Source: a bacterium (lineage in GTDB: Bacteria; Patescibacteriota; Dojkabacteria; GCA-016699595). From it: 64,000 nt of DNA. Under the pieces are notes generated by a model. The model was not told the origin of the DNA, ran no database searches, and worked only from the letters and a program-made list of their open reading frames with translations. The position numbers and the translations under genes were made by a program. Every line of letters starts with the position of its first letter. Positions within the stretch are counted from its first letter, which is position 1. The stretch is taken from the NCBI GenBank assembly GCA_016699595.1, contig CP064982.1:75647-139646 (forward strand), written 5' to 3'. Below are positions 1 to 7,966 of this stretch, in pieces.

Positions 1-116
1 TGATCTAATGAATACTTTGGAAGTTGTTTTGATGTTTGAGCGAAATTTCAAACGATTTTCATCGACATCTTTTGACATGATTATACAGTCTAGCAAATCA
101 AAGTATAAATTGCAAA

Positions 117-554
117 TCACTGCTCAGGTTGTTGTTCTGCTAGCTTATTCTCATTGATGATCTTTAGGTTTTCGTCGATTTTTGCAGTGTAGTTGTTTTT
201 CGCAGTTTCTATTTTTGCCTTTACTGACTCACATTCGGCAATTTGTTCTTTGGTAACTGCGGCCACACAAACATTCATAGAAGTAAATACTTCTTGAAAA
301 GAACTAAGGATAGTAGAATAATTTGGCAAAAACTTTGTTTGCACTTCATTTATCACCTTTTCACTTGCACTTACTCGTTTGTCCAAAGATTCATTGGTGG
401 ATTTCAATTCGGACAATTCTCTTTTCAACCCAAGATTTTGCAAATAGAAAATGCTAACTATAAGGACAACTGAAAGTATCAAGATCCCAAGCAGTAGGAT
501 CAAAATAGAATTCTTTTTGATGTAGTGTCTAGCTAATGTAATTCTGGCGTTCAT
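117..554 (-). CDS. hypothetical membrane-anchored coiled-coil protein
   Basis: 145 aa ORF; N-terminal hydrophobic helix (ILILLLGILILSVVLIVSIFYL) followed by charged coiled-coil-like sequence; no recognisable catalytic motif. Confidence 0.4.
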   Translation of the reverse strand: MNARITLARHYIKKNSILILLLGILILSVVLIVSIFYLQNLGLKRELSELKSTNESLDKRVSASEKVINEVQTKFLPNYSTILSSFQEVFTSMNVCVAAVTKEQIAECESVKAKIETAKNNYTAKIDENLKIINENKLAEQQPEQ

Positions 555-733
555 TTTGTATAAAGTACTTTGAACAAACTTATGGTTAAATTATTTTTGT
601 AGCTTCAATGGTATCAAGATACTTTCGTGCTACAATTGTATATTTTAGCATATTATCAGAGACATTTATACTGTATAAAGTTAATAGTTATCAAAAGCGT
701 AGGCGAAATTGAGTTCAGCTTAAGTATTTATGT

Positions 734-762
734 TCAAAATTAAGGTGCGATAAGTTATAATC
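734..762 (+). promoter_or_regulatory. sigma70-like promoter for tRNA-Gln (TTCAAA -17 bp- TATAAT)
   Basis: TTCAAA at 734-739, exactly 17 bp spacer, perfect TATAAT at 757-762; tRNA 5' end lies 12 nt downstream of the -10 box. Confidence 0.5.
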
Positions 763-773
763 TCACAAGTTCT

Positions 774-847
774 TGCGGGATCGTCTAATGGTAGGACACC
801 GCTCTCTGGAAGCGACTATCTTGGTTCGAATCCAGGTCCCGCAGCCA
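774..847 (+). tRNA. tRNA-Gln (anticodon CUG), CCA encoded
   Basis: Hand-folded cloverleaf: acceptor TGCGGGA/TCCCGCA with U1-A72 and G73 (bacterial tRNA-Gln identity features); D-stem GTCT/GGAC; anticodon stem CCGCT/AGCGA with loop CTCTGGA (U33, anticodon CTG); T-arm CTTGG-TTCGAAT-CCAGG; 3' CCA present. Confidence 0.85.
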
Positions 848-882
848 AGTTGTACTCCCTGTATGGGACTATGCAGTGCATA

Positions 883-1036
883 GGTTCGAGCCATACTAAA
901 TCAACGTTTTCGCATTTGCAAAATCGGTTCGAGCTACATATCACTACCCAATGTGGAATAAATATAATTTTTTCTTTTTCATTTTGTTCGAGCCAGTATT
1001 TATCGACATAATTGAGATATCTTCTGGGTTCGAGCG
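883..1036 (+). repeat. four direct repeats of the 8-9 bp motif (G)GTTCGAGC immediately 3' of tRNA-Gln
   Basis: gGTTCGAGCc at 883-892, gGTTCGAGCt at 926-935, GTTCGAGCc at 986-994, gGTTCGAGCg at 1027-1036; spacings about 42/60/42 bp; the motif resembles a tRNA T-arm (GGTTCGAAYC) but no full tRNA folds around any copy. Confidence 0.6.
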
Positions 1037-1053
1037 AGAAATTATCTCTTCTT

Positions 1054-1239
1054 TTAACCTATTTCGTATTTGTCACCATAAAGTTCCTGCTTTTTCAGAT
1101 AGAACTCCATAATTACTTTGCTGAAAGCTAATATGTTTTCAGCTAACTGTTCAATCTGCTCCTGTGTCAGAGGTTTTTTATAGTACTTTTGAAAAATAGT
1201 ACGAACCAGCTCTAAATAATATTCTGATACTTGAATCAT
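1054..1239 (-). CDS. hypothetical small protein (61 aa)
   Basis: ORF only; helical, charged sequence; no motif recognised. Confidence 0.25.
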   Translation of the reverse strand: MIQVSEYYLELVRTIFQKYYKKPLTQEQIEQLAENILAFSKVIMEFYLKKQELYGDKYEIG

Positions 1240-1302
1240 ATTTTTATGAATAATAATTTAGTTGATGTTTCAAATTTTGATTAGAAGATGTAGAATAGAA
1301 AT

Positions 1303-1911
1303 ATGTATGATTTACAACTCCAGTTTAAAGATCTTAAATTAATTGACCGAGACTTTTTTAGACGAAACCCTGTGGACATTGCATCTGAACTACTTGGCAA
1401 AGTAATCTTACGAAGATTTGAAAATAAAGTTTTAGCAGGAAGAATTGTTGAATTGGAAGTATATCTAGGTGAATTAGATCAAGCGGCTCATTCATATATA
1501 GGAAAAACAAACCGTAATTCTGTACTATTTGGTGACGCAGGATATGCATATGTGCATAGCATTCACAAATACTTTTGTATGGACATTGTATGTGATGTAG
1601 AAAATATTCCAAGTAGTATTCTAATAAGAGCAGTCGAACCTTTGGTTGGCATTAATATAATGAAAGCTAACCGTAATACCTCTGATTTGTATAAATTGAC
1701 GTCTGGGCCTGGGAGATTTTGTCAGGCCTTTGGTATTGATAAGTCATTAAATGGAGAGGATGTTTGTAATAATACTTCAAAAATCTCTATTTGTTCTGAC
1801 TCAATAAATACTAAATATGAAATACTAAATTCAAAACGTATTGGTATTTCGAAATCTACTGAGTTACCTTTACGATATTATATAAAGGATAATAAATATG
1901 TTTCAAAATAA
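1303..1911 (+). CDS. mpg: DNA-3-methyladenine glycosylase, Mpg/AAG family
   Basis: Strong match to the AAG/Mpg signature: RIVELEVYLGELDQAAHSYIGKTNRNSVLFGDAGYAYVHSIHKYFCMDIV...LIRAVEPLVGINIM...LTSGPGRFCQAFGI (compare human AAG: RIVETEAYLGPEDEAAHS...RN..MF..PGTLYVYIIYGMYFCMNIS...LLRALEPLEG...LCSGPSKLCQALAI). Confidence 0.9.
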   Translation: MYDLQLQFKDLKLIDRDFFRRNPVDIASELLGKVILRRFENKVLAGRIVELEVYLGELDQAAHSYIGKTNRNSVLFGDAGYAYVHSIHKYFCMDIVCDVENIPSSILIRAVEPLVGINIMKANRNTSDLYKLTSGPGRFCQAFGIDKSLNGEDVCNNTSKISICSDSINTKYEILNSKRIGISKSTELPLRYYIKDNKYVSK

Positions 1912-2417
1912 TATTATTATGAATGAATTCTCCGAAAATGACAAAAAATTTATGAAATTAGCTCTAGAAGAAGCAAAAATATCTTCACTTTCAGGTAATT
2001 TCCCTTGCGGGTGCTGTTTTATCAATAGGCGATGATTTAGTTGATAAAAGGCATAACATGAAAGAAGTTAAATCAGACCGTATCTCGCATGCTGAAATGT
2101 TGTTATATATCAATGGTAAAATATCAAATATGATCAATAGCAAGAGTAATGACCTGAAACTATTGTGGAGTGATTTATCACAAAACAATCGAGTAACAGA
2201 GTCTTACAAATTCAGAAATGGAAGACAAGTTAATATCGGATATGTAAATCAATTTGCTTTACATGACTATATTCCGAATAAATGGTTTGATTGGAAAAAT
2301 CGTATTGATGGCAAGGTTATGATTATTGGTCAGGATTGGGGACCATACAGTGCATTGCTTCCTTTTATTACCGAACATGAGACGCAAAAGTGTATTAAAA
2401 ATCTTAATGAATTTTAA
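1898..2417 (+). pseudogene. deaminase-like (CDA/TadA-like HAE motif) gene disrupted by a +1/-2 frameshift; possibly degenerate
   Basis: Frame A (ATG 1898, overlapping the mpg stop by 14 nt) encodes MFQNNIIMNEFSENDKKFMKLALEEAKISSLSGNF..., like a TadA N-terminus (FMxLALxEAxkA). Around 1996-2006 (aatttccc) the conserved continuation SLAGAVLSIGDDLVDKRHN...ISHAEMLLY (compare TadA ...PVGAVLV...HAE) is in another frame and runs on to the stop at 2417. No PCxxC zinc motif is found downstream, so the assignment is tentative. Confidence 0.35.
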
Positions 2418-2985
2418 CTTTGTCAGCAAATTCTTCTACGCTATTTATTCCATTTTCTAAAACAGCGGTATAAATATCAAAACTTTTTACTTTGTCTTTG
2501 TATTTAACTCCGTCAAAATATGCCTCTTTGATTTTGAGTATCGTTTCTCTTTTTCCTGGATTTTCAGATAAAATTTTCTCAAATTTGCTGATTGAATCTG
2601 AAACTAAATTTGTATATCTCTCATCTGGTTTTAAATACCAAACATCAAATTTCCAATTTGTGCCTCCATGCGGAATTATCAACTCCCAATAAAAACCGAG
2701 GGGTATATCATATGCTGGAAAAGTTTGATAATCGGCAAGGGCGACTGTTTGGAAAATACCTTTATCCAAAAAGCTCTTTGTCGTTTCTTTGGCCTTTTCT
2801 TTATCGATATTTTCAGAAATTACAAGTAAATCTATATCGCTCCGATACATTAAGTCCAAACGAAGACTGCCGATTATCTCAACTTTTCCTAAATTTGAGA
2901 AGATTTTAATAGCTTCAGTTTTCGCCAAAATTTCATTAGCTATATCGTGAAGATTTTTTGAATTTTGTATTAAATCTTTTGTCAT
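2404..2985 (-). CDS. nucleotidyltransferase-fold protein (GrpB/MNT-like, Pol-beta superfamily)
   Basis: 193 aa; GSLRLDLMYRSDIDLLV matches the GS...[DE]h[DE]h nucleotidyltransferase motif; size typical of the GrpB/minimal NTase families. Confidence 0.55.
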   Translation of the reverse strand: MTKDLIQNSKNLHDIANEILAKTEAIKIFSNLGKVEIIGSLRLDLMYRSDIDLLVISENIDKEKAKETTKSFLDKGIFQTVALADYQTFPAYDIPLGFYWELIIPHGGTNWKFDVWYLKPDERYTNLVSDSISKFEKILSENPGKRETILKIKEAYFDGVKYKDKVKSFDIYTAVLENGINSVEEFADKVKIH

Positions 2986-2988
2986 AAA

Positions 2989-3678
2989 TTATTTTAATAT
3001 TTCTTCAACTGAAGTATCTGCAAAAATTTTCATGGTGTCGAAAATTTTTAAGTTTTGGTGTTGGGGTATCAACAATTGCAAATCGGTACAAGCCAATACC
3101 ACGCAATCTACATTTTTATTTTCAAAATCGCCAATAATTTTAATAAGTTCACCTCTATCTTTGGTATTTTGTTGTCCAGTAACGAGATTATGGATAAATT
3201 TACCTAATTTTGCTTGCTGAAAATCATCTGGCGTTTCGTAGCCGATACCACTTTCCATAAAAGCGTTCTCATATAATTTGTTCTTAATTGTTGTTGATGT
3301 GGAAACTATGCCAACTTTGTTAAAATTATTTTTCTTAAGAAATTTTACAGTTTCCTCCACAATACTTAGAACAGGAATTTTAACAGAATCTCTAATGTCT
3401 TGGATAAAAATGTGGAGTGAATTACACGGCATAACAATAAAATCCGCTCCTGCCTTTTCCAATCTTTGGGCTTCAGTAATTAAAAATGGCAAACACCTTT
3501 CAATCCCAACATTTTTTGATATTGCATCTTCTTCAATTTGATATGGCAAAGGGACACTCGCAATAATTACGGAGGGTCTAGCAGTTCTATCTTTTTTCTG
3601 GCATGAGAAAACAATATCGAGGTAAAACTCGGAAGTTGTTTCTGGCCCTAATCCACCAATTATTCCTATCGTTTTCAT
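2989..3678 (-). CDS. aspartate/glutamate racemase family protein
   Basis: MKTIGIIGGLGPETT (GIIGGMGP motif), VMPCNSLH (MPCNTAH motif) and VLACTDLQLL (second catalytic Cys region); 229 aa. Confidence 0.85.
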   Translation of the reverse strand: MKTIGIIGGLGPETTSEFYLDIVFSCQKKDRTARPSVIIASVPLPYQIEEDAISKNVGIERCLPFLITEAQRLEKAGADFIVMPCNSLHIFIQDIRDSVKIPVLSIVEETVKFLKKNNFNKVGIVSTSTTIKNKLYENAFMESGIGYETPDDFQQAKLGKFIHNLVTGQQNTKDRGELIKIIGDFENKNVDCVVLACTDLQLLIPQHQNLKIFDTMKIFADTSVEEILK

Positions 3679-3685
3679 AATTTTA

Positions 3686-3892
3686 TTATTTCAATAAATC
3701 CTCAATGGAAACACTGAGAGCTTTCGCCATTTTGCCCATAATTACAACTCAAGGTGTCTTAATAACTCCACTTTCAATTTTAGTGAGGGTTGTATATTTC
3801 ACACCGGACTTTTGGGCAAAATCTTCCTGCGAAAGCTCTAGCTTCGTCCGATGTTTCTTTATATTTCCATCGATATTGTTTTCAGTTGCCAT
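3686..3892 (-). pseudogene. XRE-family HTH transcriptional regulator interrupted by an in-frame TGA (codon 48)
   Basis: MATENNIDGNIKKHRTKLELSQEDFAQKSGVKYTTLTKIESGVIKTP-TGA-VVIMGKMAKALSVSIEDLLK-TAA. The stop at 3749-3751 splits a classic Cro/C1 HTH (LSQEDFAQKSGV..TLTKIESG) from its conserved last helix (IAKALSVSIEDLL) in the same frame. First gene of an XRE-racemase-NTase co-directional trio. Confidence 0.6.
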
Positions 3893-3912
3893 ACTTGCAT
3901 TATCTTGATAGT

Positions 3913-3938
3913 ATGAAAGTGCTTTGATACACTTTCAT
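3913..3938. promoter_or_regulatory. perfect palindrome ATGAAAGTG-N8-CACTTTCAT, putative operator just upstream of the XRE gene
   Basis: 9-bp inverted repeat arms at 3913-3921 and 3930-3938, about 21 bp upstream of the XRE start codon (3892, minus strand); typical geometry for an autoregulated HTH repressor. Confidence 0.45.
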
Positions 3939-3990
3939 TATCATAATATCAAAAATTATGGATTTATTCAAATTTAAAGGGAGTAAAACT

Positions 3991-4215
3991 GATGTCGTGT
4001 GCGCATGGGTGGGTTGGAGCGAACACGACACCTCTTGTTGTATTGGATTTTTCTGCGGCGTATTTCGCGAAGCGAAATCTGAATGGCGGCGATTTTGAAA
4101 AAGGCATTTCCGAAACCCGCCCGCATTCCTCCTCAGACCCCTCCTGCGGGCGGGACATAAGCCGAGGTTTTGCCAATCATTTTCCCCAGAAAAATAGTTT
4201 GGCAAAACCGAGTCA
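3991..4215. ncRNA. GC-rich, hairpin-dense non-coding island (candidate structured RNA, family unknown)
   Basis: Composition jumps to high G+C in an otherwise AT-rich intergenic region. Three strong hairpins: TGTCGTGT/ACACGACA (3993-4000/4024-4031); CCCGCCCGCA/TGCGGGCGGG (4116-4125/4145-4154) with a 19-nt loop containing two CCUCC motifs; GGTTTTGCCAA/TTGGCAAAACC (4166-4176/4199-4209), followed by a T-run. The three overlapping ORFs here are Arg-rich and look spurious. Confidence 0.3.
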
Positions 4216-4361
4216 GTTTTTAGAATTCAGTATCAAGATTTTCTTGATAAAAAGTTCGGATTTCATTCAGGAGGGACAGAGATTTGCTTGACAAGATCGC
4301 AAGTGATCTAAAAAATTATTTGCAGATATTCCTTTTAGCTATTATATTGTATAATATTGCT

Positions 4362-4907
4362 ATGCAAACCAAAAGGTTGAATATTGCTATCCGCCCCTCG
4401 AAAGAGCTAGAAAACTATATCTTTCAAATTGTTGATCAATTCAATCTTTGTGGTGAGATGCTCTTTGCTTTGGATGGAGTAGGCTATTATCCTCATGCAA
4501 CGCTCTACTTTCCTGAATTTCCAATAGAGGCAGAATCAAAAGTTTGTAGTGACTTGGCATCTTATTGCATCAACCACAAAGCAATAAATACTACCTTTAC
4601 ACAACTAGAAGCTGAAAACGGATATATTGTAGTAAGCTTCTTTCTAAATGATGAAGTCTTTGAACTACACAAGGAAATCGTTTCTTTGATAAATCCTCTT
4701 AGAAACGGAGTTGTACGAACAAAGTATTTGGATGTTGACACTTTGAATTCTTTGCCGAAAAATCAGACTCGTAACATTCTAACTTATGGATATCCAGGTG
4801 TGATGAGAGAGTGCAAACCTCACATTACACTCGGTCGATTCAAAGATATTTCAATTGCGATTGAAGTCAAAAGAAAAGTTAATTGGGACTTCCGCACTTT
4901 GATATAA
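4362..4907 (+). CDS. 2H phosphoesterase superfamily protein (LigT/2'-5' RNA ligase-like)
   Basis: Two H-x-T-x motifs spaced as in LigT: YPHATLYF and KPHITLGRF; start placed at Met27 of the track ORF (MQTKRLNIAIRP...); about 181 aa. Confidence 0.6.
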   Translation: MQTKRLNIAIRPSKELENYIFQIVDQFNLCGEMLFALDGVGYYPHATLYFPEFPIEAESKVCSDLASYCINHKAINTTFTQLEAENGYIVVSFFLNDEVFELHKEIVSLINPLRNGVVRTKYLDVDTLNSLPKNQTRNILTYGYPGVMRECKPHITLGRFKDISIAIEVKRKVNWDFRTLI

Positions 4908-5006
4908 ATAGTATCGGAGTATTTGAAATTGGTGATAATGGAACTTGCACTAGGTTGTTAGGCAGTTTTGATTTATAAGTATAGCTACTGAGATTTGGAT
5001 CATTAT

Positions 5007-5867
5007 TCATTTATACTTTTGATAGTTCAAAAGATACTTCAGAAATTTATCAAGGTTGCCATAATGCTTCTTGTAGAAATAAATGGCGTTTTTGATATCT
5101 TTCGCTCGTCTGGAGTTTCCAAAAGTATCCATATCTAGATGTTTTGTAACTACATGTGGATCATAAAAAATTTGAAAGCCCAGATCGTTTATCCTTTTCG
5201 AAATGTCTTGAGTTTCATGATATTGCATTTGTGCGTCAAAACCATCTATCTTTTTGAAGATATCAGCACGAATAGCAAAGTTGCTTTCAATTCCCCAGTC
5301 AATCGACAGTGGTGATTGAATTGAATTTGATTCAATCGAAAAGATATAAATATTTCGAAATAAATTATGAAGTACTCTCAGCAAAGTTTCATTTTGATGA
5401 AAGAGAAAATATATCATCAAAGACATGGCTTCTAAAGTTGAACGGACAGGGTGGAGTCTGTAACCGAAATTCCAATAATGCTGTTTGTTTTCCTTAGTGA
5501 GTACCTTGCCAGTAATAACTGCAATACTTTCTTGCTCAAAAGACTTTTGTAAGCTATCCAAGTTCATTTCAATTATCTCCATATCAACATCAACAAACAG
5601 CAAAATATCTTTATTATTTATAATGCCGTGCTGATACATACTCAAAACCCTGTTTCTATTTCCAGCTGGTCCTAAATTTGATTGACCTTCGACCATATAG
5701 ATTTCATTTGGACATGTGGCTTGAAAGTCTTTGATAATTTCTTTGCTATCATCAGTAGAACAATCGTCAGAGATAATTATTTTGCCAAAGTGATAGGTAA
5801 TCGCACTAGTCAGTAAATTTCGTAAATATTTGGAACCGTTGTAGTTGGGGATAATGAGGTGAACCAT
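5007..5867 (-). CDS. family 2 glycosyltransferase
   Basis: HLIIPNYNGSKYL...IISDDCSTDDS...LLFVDVDM: the canonical GT2 N-terminal DxD-type motifs. Confidence 0.8.
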   Translation of the reverse strand: MVHLIIPNYNGSKYLRNLLTSAITYHFGKIIISDDCSTDDSKEIIKDFQATCPNEIYMVEGQSNLGPAGNRNRVLSMYQHGIINNKDILLFVDVDMEIIEMNLDSLQKSFEQESIAVITGKVLTKENKQHYWNFGYRLHPVRSTLEAMSLMIYFLFHQNETLLRVLHNLFRNIYIFSIESNSIQSPLSIDWGIESNFAIRADIFKKIDGFDAQMQYHETQDISKRINDLGFQIFYDPHVVTKHLDMDTFGNSRRAKDIKNAIYFYKKHYGNLDKFLKYLLNYQKYK

Positions 5868-6047
5868 TAGTTTGAAATTATACCAAATGCTTTATAGTTG
5901 TTGGTAATTTCTTTCAAAGCAATTGCTTGAGTTTGTAACTAATGTTTAGTAGAATGAATCAAATCTGAATTGACATTATCAGTTCACGCAATTACATAGC
6001 AAATTCACTTATTACATTTCAAAAATAGTAAGCTAACAATTACACTT

Positions 6048-6905
6048 ATGACAAAGACAAATGATGAAAATCTGGCAAAAACAGATTATGATAAGGCAAA
6101 TTATGATTATCAGACATATTGGGAAGGTCGTTTTTATGAAAATATGGTAGAACAAGATTATCTTGACTCGTTGTTGCCATACTACTCTGCTAGGAATAAG
6201 ATAATAGTTGATGTAGGTGGATCTTTTGGTAGGCTTGATGATACCACCTCGAAGTATTTCAAAAAAAGGATAATTTTGGACTATAGTTTATTGAATTTGC
6301 AAAATTGCAAAAGTGATGCAATCTTGGTTCAAGCTGATGCTTATGCAATGCCATTTTTGGATAGTGTAGTTGATTTGATTTTGACAGTGAGGGTATCTCA
6401 TCATCTTCAAGATCAAGCAAAATTTTTGCAAGAAGTATATAGGGTACTGTCATTAGATGGAATCTTTGTTTATGAAGTTGCAAACAAATTTCATTTCAAA
6501 GCGATACTCAAAAATATGTTTCGGCTAAATTTTAAGTTTTTCAAAAAAGAGCCAATACAACAAACTGCAGGTGCAGGCAAAACATTTTTTCAAAACTATC
6601 CAATTTCATACATACTTGATATAGCAAGAAACGCAGGATTTGAATTGATTGAAAAGAGGTCTATCGAAAACTTTCGTTCTGGTCCAAAGGGTTTTTCACA
6701 AAAGAGACCTGAATTTTGGATGAAATTGGACAAAGTATTAAGTTTCTTTTTTGACTCGCTTAATTTCGGTCCAAGTATATATCTTGTGTTGAGGAAAACA
6801 AACGATAAAAAAGAAGTGGTTGACAAAGAAGTCGATCTAGATATTGCGGAAATTTTCAAAACTGAGCCTAAAAATGTGGAGGGTAGGGTGCTGGTGTATA
6901 CCTAA
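6048..6905 (+). CDS. class I SAM-dependent methyltransferase
   Basis: Motif I IIVDVGGSFGR, acidic post-I LDYS, motif II/III ADAYAMPFLDSVVDLI, and LSLDGIFVYEV. Confidence 0.6.
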   Translation: MTKTNDENLAKTDYDKANYDYQTYWEGRFYENMVEQDYLDSLLPYYSARNKIIVDVGGSFGRLDDTTSKYFKKRIILDYSLLNLQNCKSDAILVQADAYAMPFLDSVVDLILTVRVSHHLQDQAKFLQEVYRVLSLDGIFVYEVANKFHFKAILKNMFRLNFKFFKKEPIQQTAGAGKTFFQNYPISYILDIARNAGFELIEKRSIENFRSGPKGFSQKRPEFWMKLDKVLSFFFDSLNFGPSIYLVLRKTNDKKEVVDKEVDLDIAEIFKTEPKNVEGRVLVYT

Positions 6906-6943
6906 TTCTGCTATCCCTATGTGGTTTATTTTCTATCTGTCAA

Positions 6944-7927
6944 TCAAAGTCCAAGTGCCTTGAGGGCATCTTTCAAGGTTTTTTGATTTGCAATATCTGT
7001 TGATAAAGTTTTTTTAAGCTCTATTATTTTCAATTTAGTCAATAGATACTCTTCGACCCAATCGTGTGTTGATAGTAAATCATTATCATCCAGGAGAGCT
7101 TGTATAGATTTCTCGGTTAATGCACCTGTTTTGTTGTATCCTTTCTTTATTACTTCGCGATAGAGGGAAATTCCACTTCTGTCATGCAAAGACTTTGTCA
7201 GTGCGTCAATTTCACTTCTTACGCCATTTGTTTTCTGCTGTGCTTGATGGTATTCAGTAAGTGTCAAGATTATTTGACTCAGATTGTCTAGAGAACCTTT
7301 TTCTTGGAGAGCTGCATACACTTTTGGCTTTTCTTCTTCCAAAAATTTCCTTAAGTCTTGAGTTATATTGGCCAATTCGTCAACTGATGGATTCACATTC
7401 TGAAGTTCTGGATAATTGTTTTTTAACCATGTAGTAATTACTCTCATCCTGCCACCTGTTTCTTTAGTTTGTAATTGAGCTGGAGTTAATTCTTTTCCAC
7501 GTCTACTTTTAGAAGGTTGCGGACTTGTAGGTTTTGCGACAGGTTCTTGGCTTACTTTATTTGTAGGTTTCTTTGCAGCTTGATTATCATTATTGTTAGT
7601 TTTGTTTAATGGATTCTTTTGAGCTTCATCTAATTCTCTTCTTAAATCAGTATTTTTCGAGCGAAGATATGAGCAATAACCTACAAGGACTAATGCTATA
7701 ACATACCCAGTGGCTGCTATAGCAAACTCCAGGTCACTTTGTTGAAGTCGCACTGTTTCTCGAATGGTTCCATGTAGTTCCAGTGAATGCAATGCAGGTA
7801 GTAGTACTGCTGCTATTTTTTGAAAACTTTGATTTCCATAACCTTGTTTTTCTGTTGTTGGGGGCATCTCTGATCTTGGTATTTCCATAATATTGAATAT
7901 AGCCTTTGAAAATAAATAGTTAAACAA
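6944..7927 (-). CDS. hypothetical membrane/coiled-coil protein
   Basis: One TM helix (AIAATGYVIALVLVGYCSY), a Pro/Lys-rich linker and a long helical C-terminal region; no catalytic motif. Confidence 0.4.
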   Translation of the reverse strand: MFNYLFSKAIFNIMEIPRSEMPPTTEKQGYGNQSFQKIAAVLLPALHSLELHGTIRETVRLQQSDLEFAIAATGYVIALVLVGYCSYLRSKNTDLRRELDEAQKNPLNKTNNNDNQAAKKPTNKVSQEPVAKPTSPQPSKSRRGKELTPAQLQTKETGGRMRVITTWLKNNYPELQNVNPSVDELANITQDLRKFLEEEKPKVYAALQEKGSLDNLSQIILTLTEYHQAQQKTNGVRSEIDALTKSLHDRSGISLYREVIKKGYNKTGALTEKSIQALLDDNDLLSTHDWVEEYLLTKLKIIELKKTLSTDIANQKTLKDALKALGL

Positions 7928-7966
7928 ATATCTAAACTAATTACACCATATTATACCATAAAAAAA

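Noticed and set aside
243-473. Plus-strand 76-aa ORF antisense to the 117-554 gene, and the many other short antisense ORFs inside long genes (for example 48374-48639 in the Ser-rich stalk, 11092-11798 in the GC-rich region, 40338-40874)
   Set aside because: They are fully nested in longer, motif-bearing or compositionally coherent ORFs on the opposite strand or frame, with low-complexity translations. They are judged spurious.
883-1036. Whether the GTTCGAGC repeats are additional tRNA genes or tRNA pseudogenes
   Set aside because: No acceptor, D or anticodon arms can be folded around any copy. Only the T-loop-like octamer recurs.
2270-2360. IIGQDWGP in the C-terminal part of the deaminase-like ORF resembling the UNG family-1 motif GQDPYH
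   Set aside because: Only a 5-6 residue similarity. There is no room for the remaining ~150 aa of a UDG fold before the stop at 2417.
3749-3751. Possibility that the genome uses genetic code 25 (UGA = Gly), suggested by the in-frame TGA inside the XRE HTH domain with conserved downstream sequence
   Set aside because: TGA clearly acts as a stop elsewhere: the MFS gene ends …VKK-TGA at 17716-17718 with the next gene starting in another frame, and uvrA-C ends KIR-TGA. Many ORFs of 700-1070 codons contain no TGA at all, which would be improbable if TGA were a sense codon. The standard code is therefore retained.
3900-4291. Three overlapping ORFs (3900-4205 minus, 3964-4176 minus, 3992-4291 plus) encoding Arg/Pro-rich peptides
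   Set aside because: They lie entirely in the GC-rich hairpin island, overlap each other on both strands and have aberrant composition. They are treated as non-coding (candidate structured RNA).
4284-4361. N-terminal extension MLDKIASDLKNYLQIFLLAIILYNIA of the 2H-phosphoesterase ORF
   Set aside because: The extension is AT-rich promoter-like sequence (contains TTGACA and TGTATAAT elements) with no homology. The conserved protein begins at Met27 (4362).
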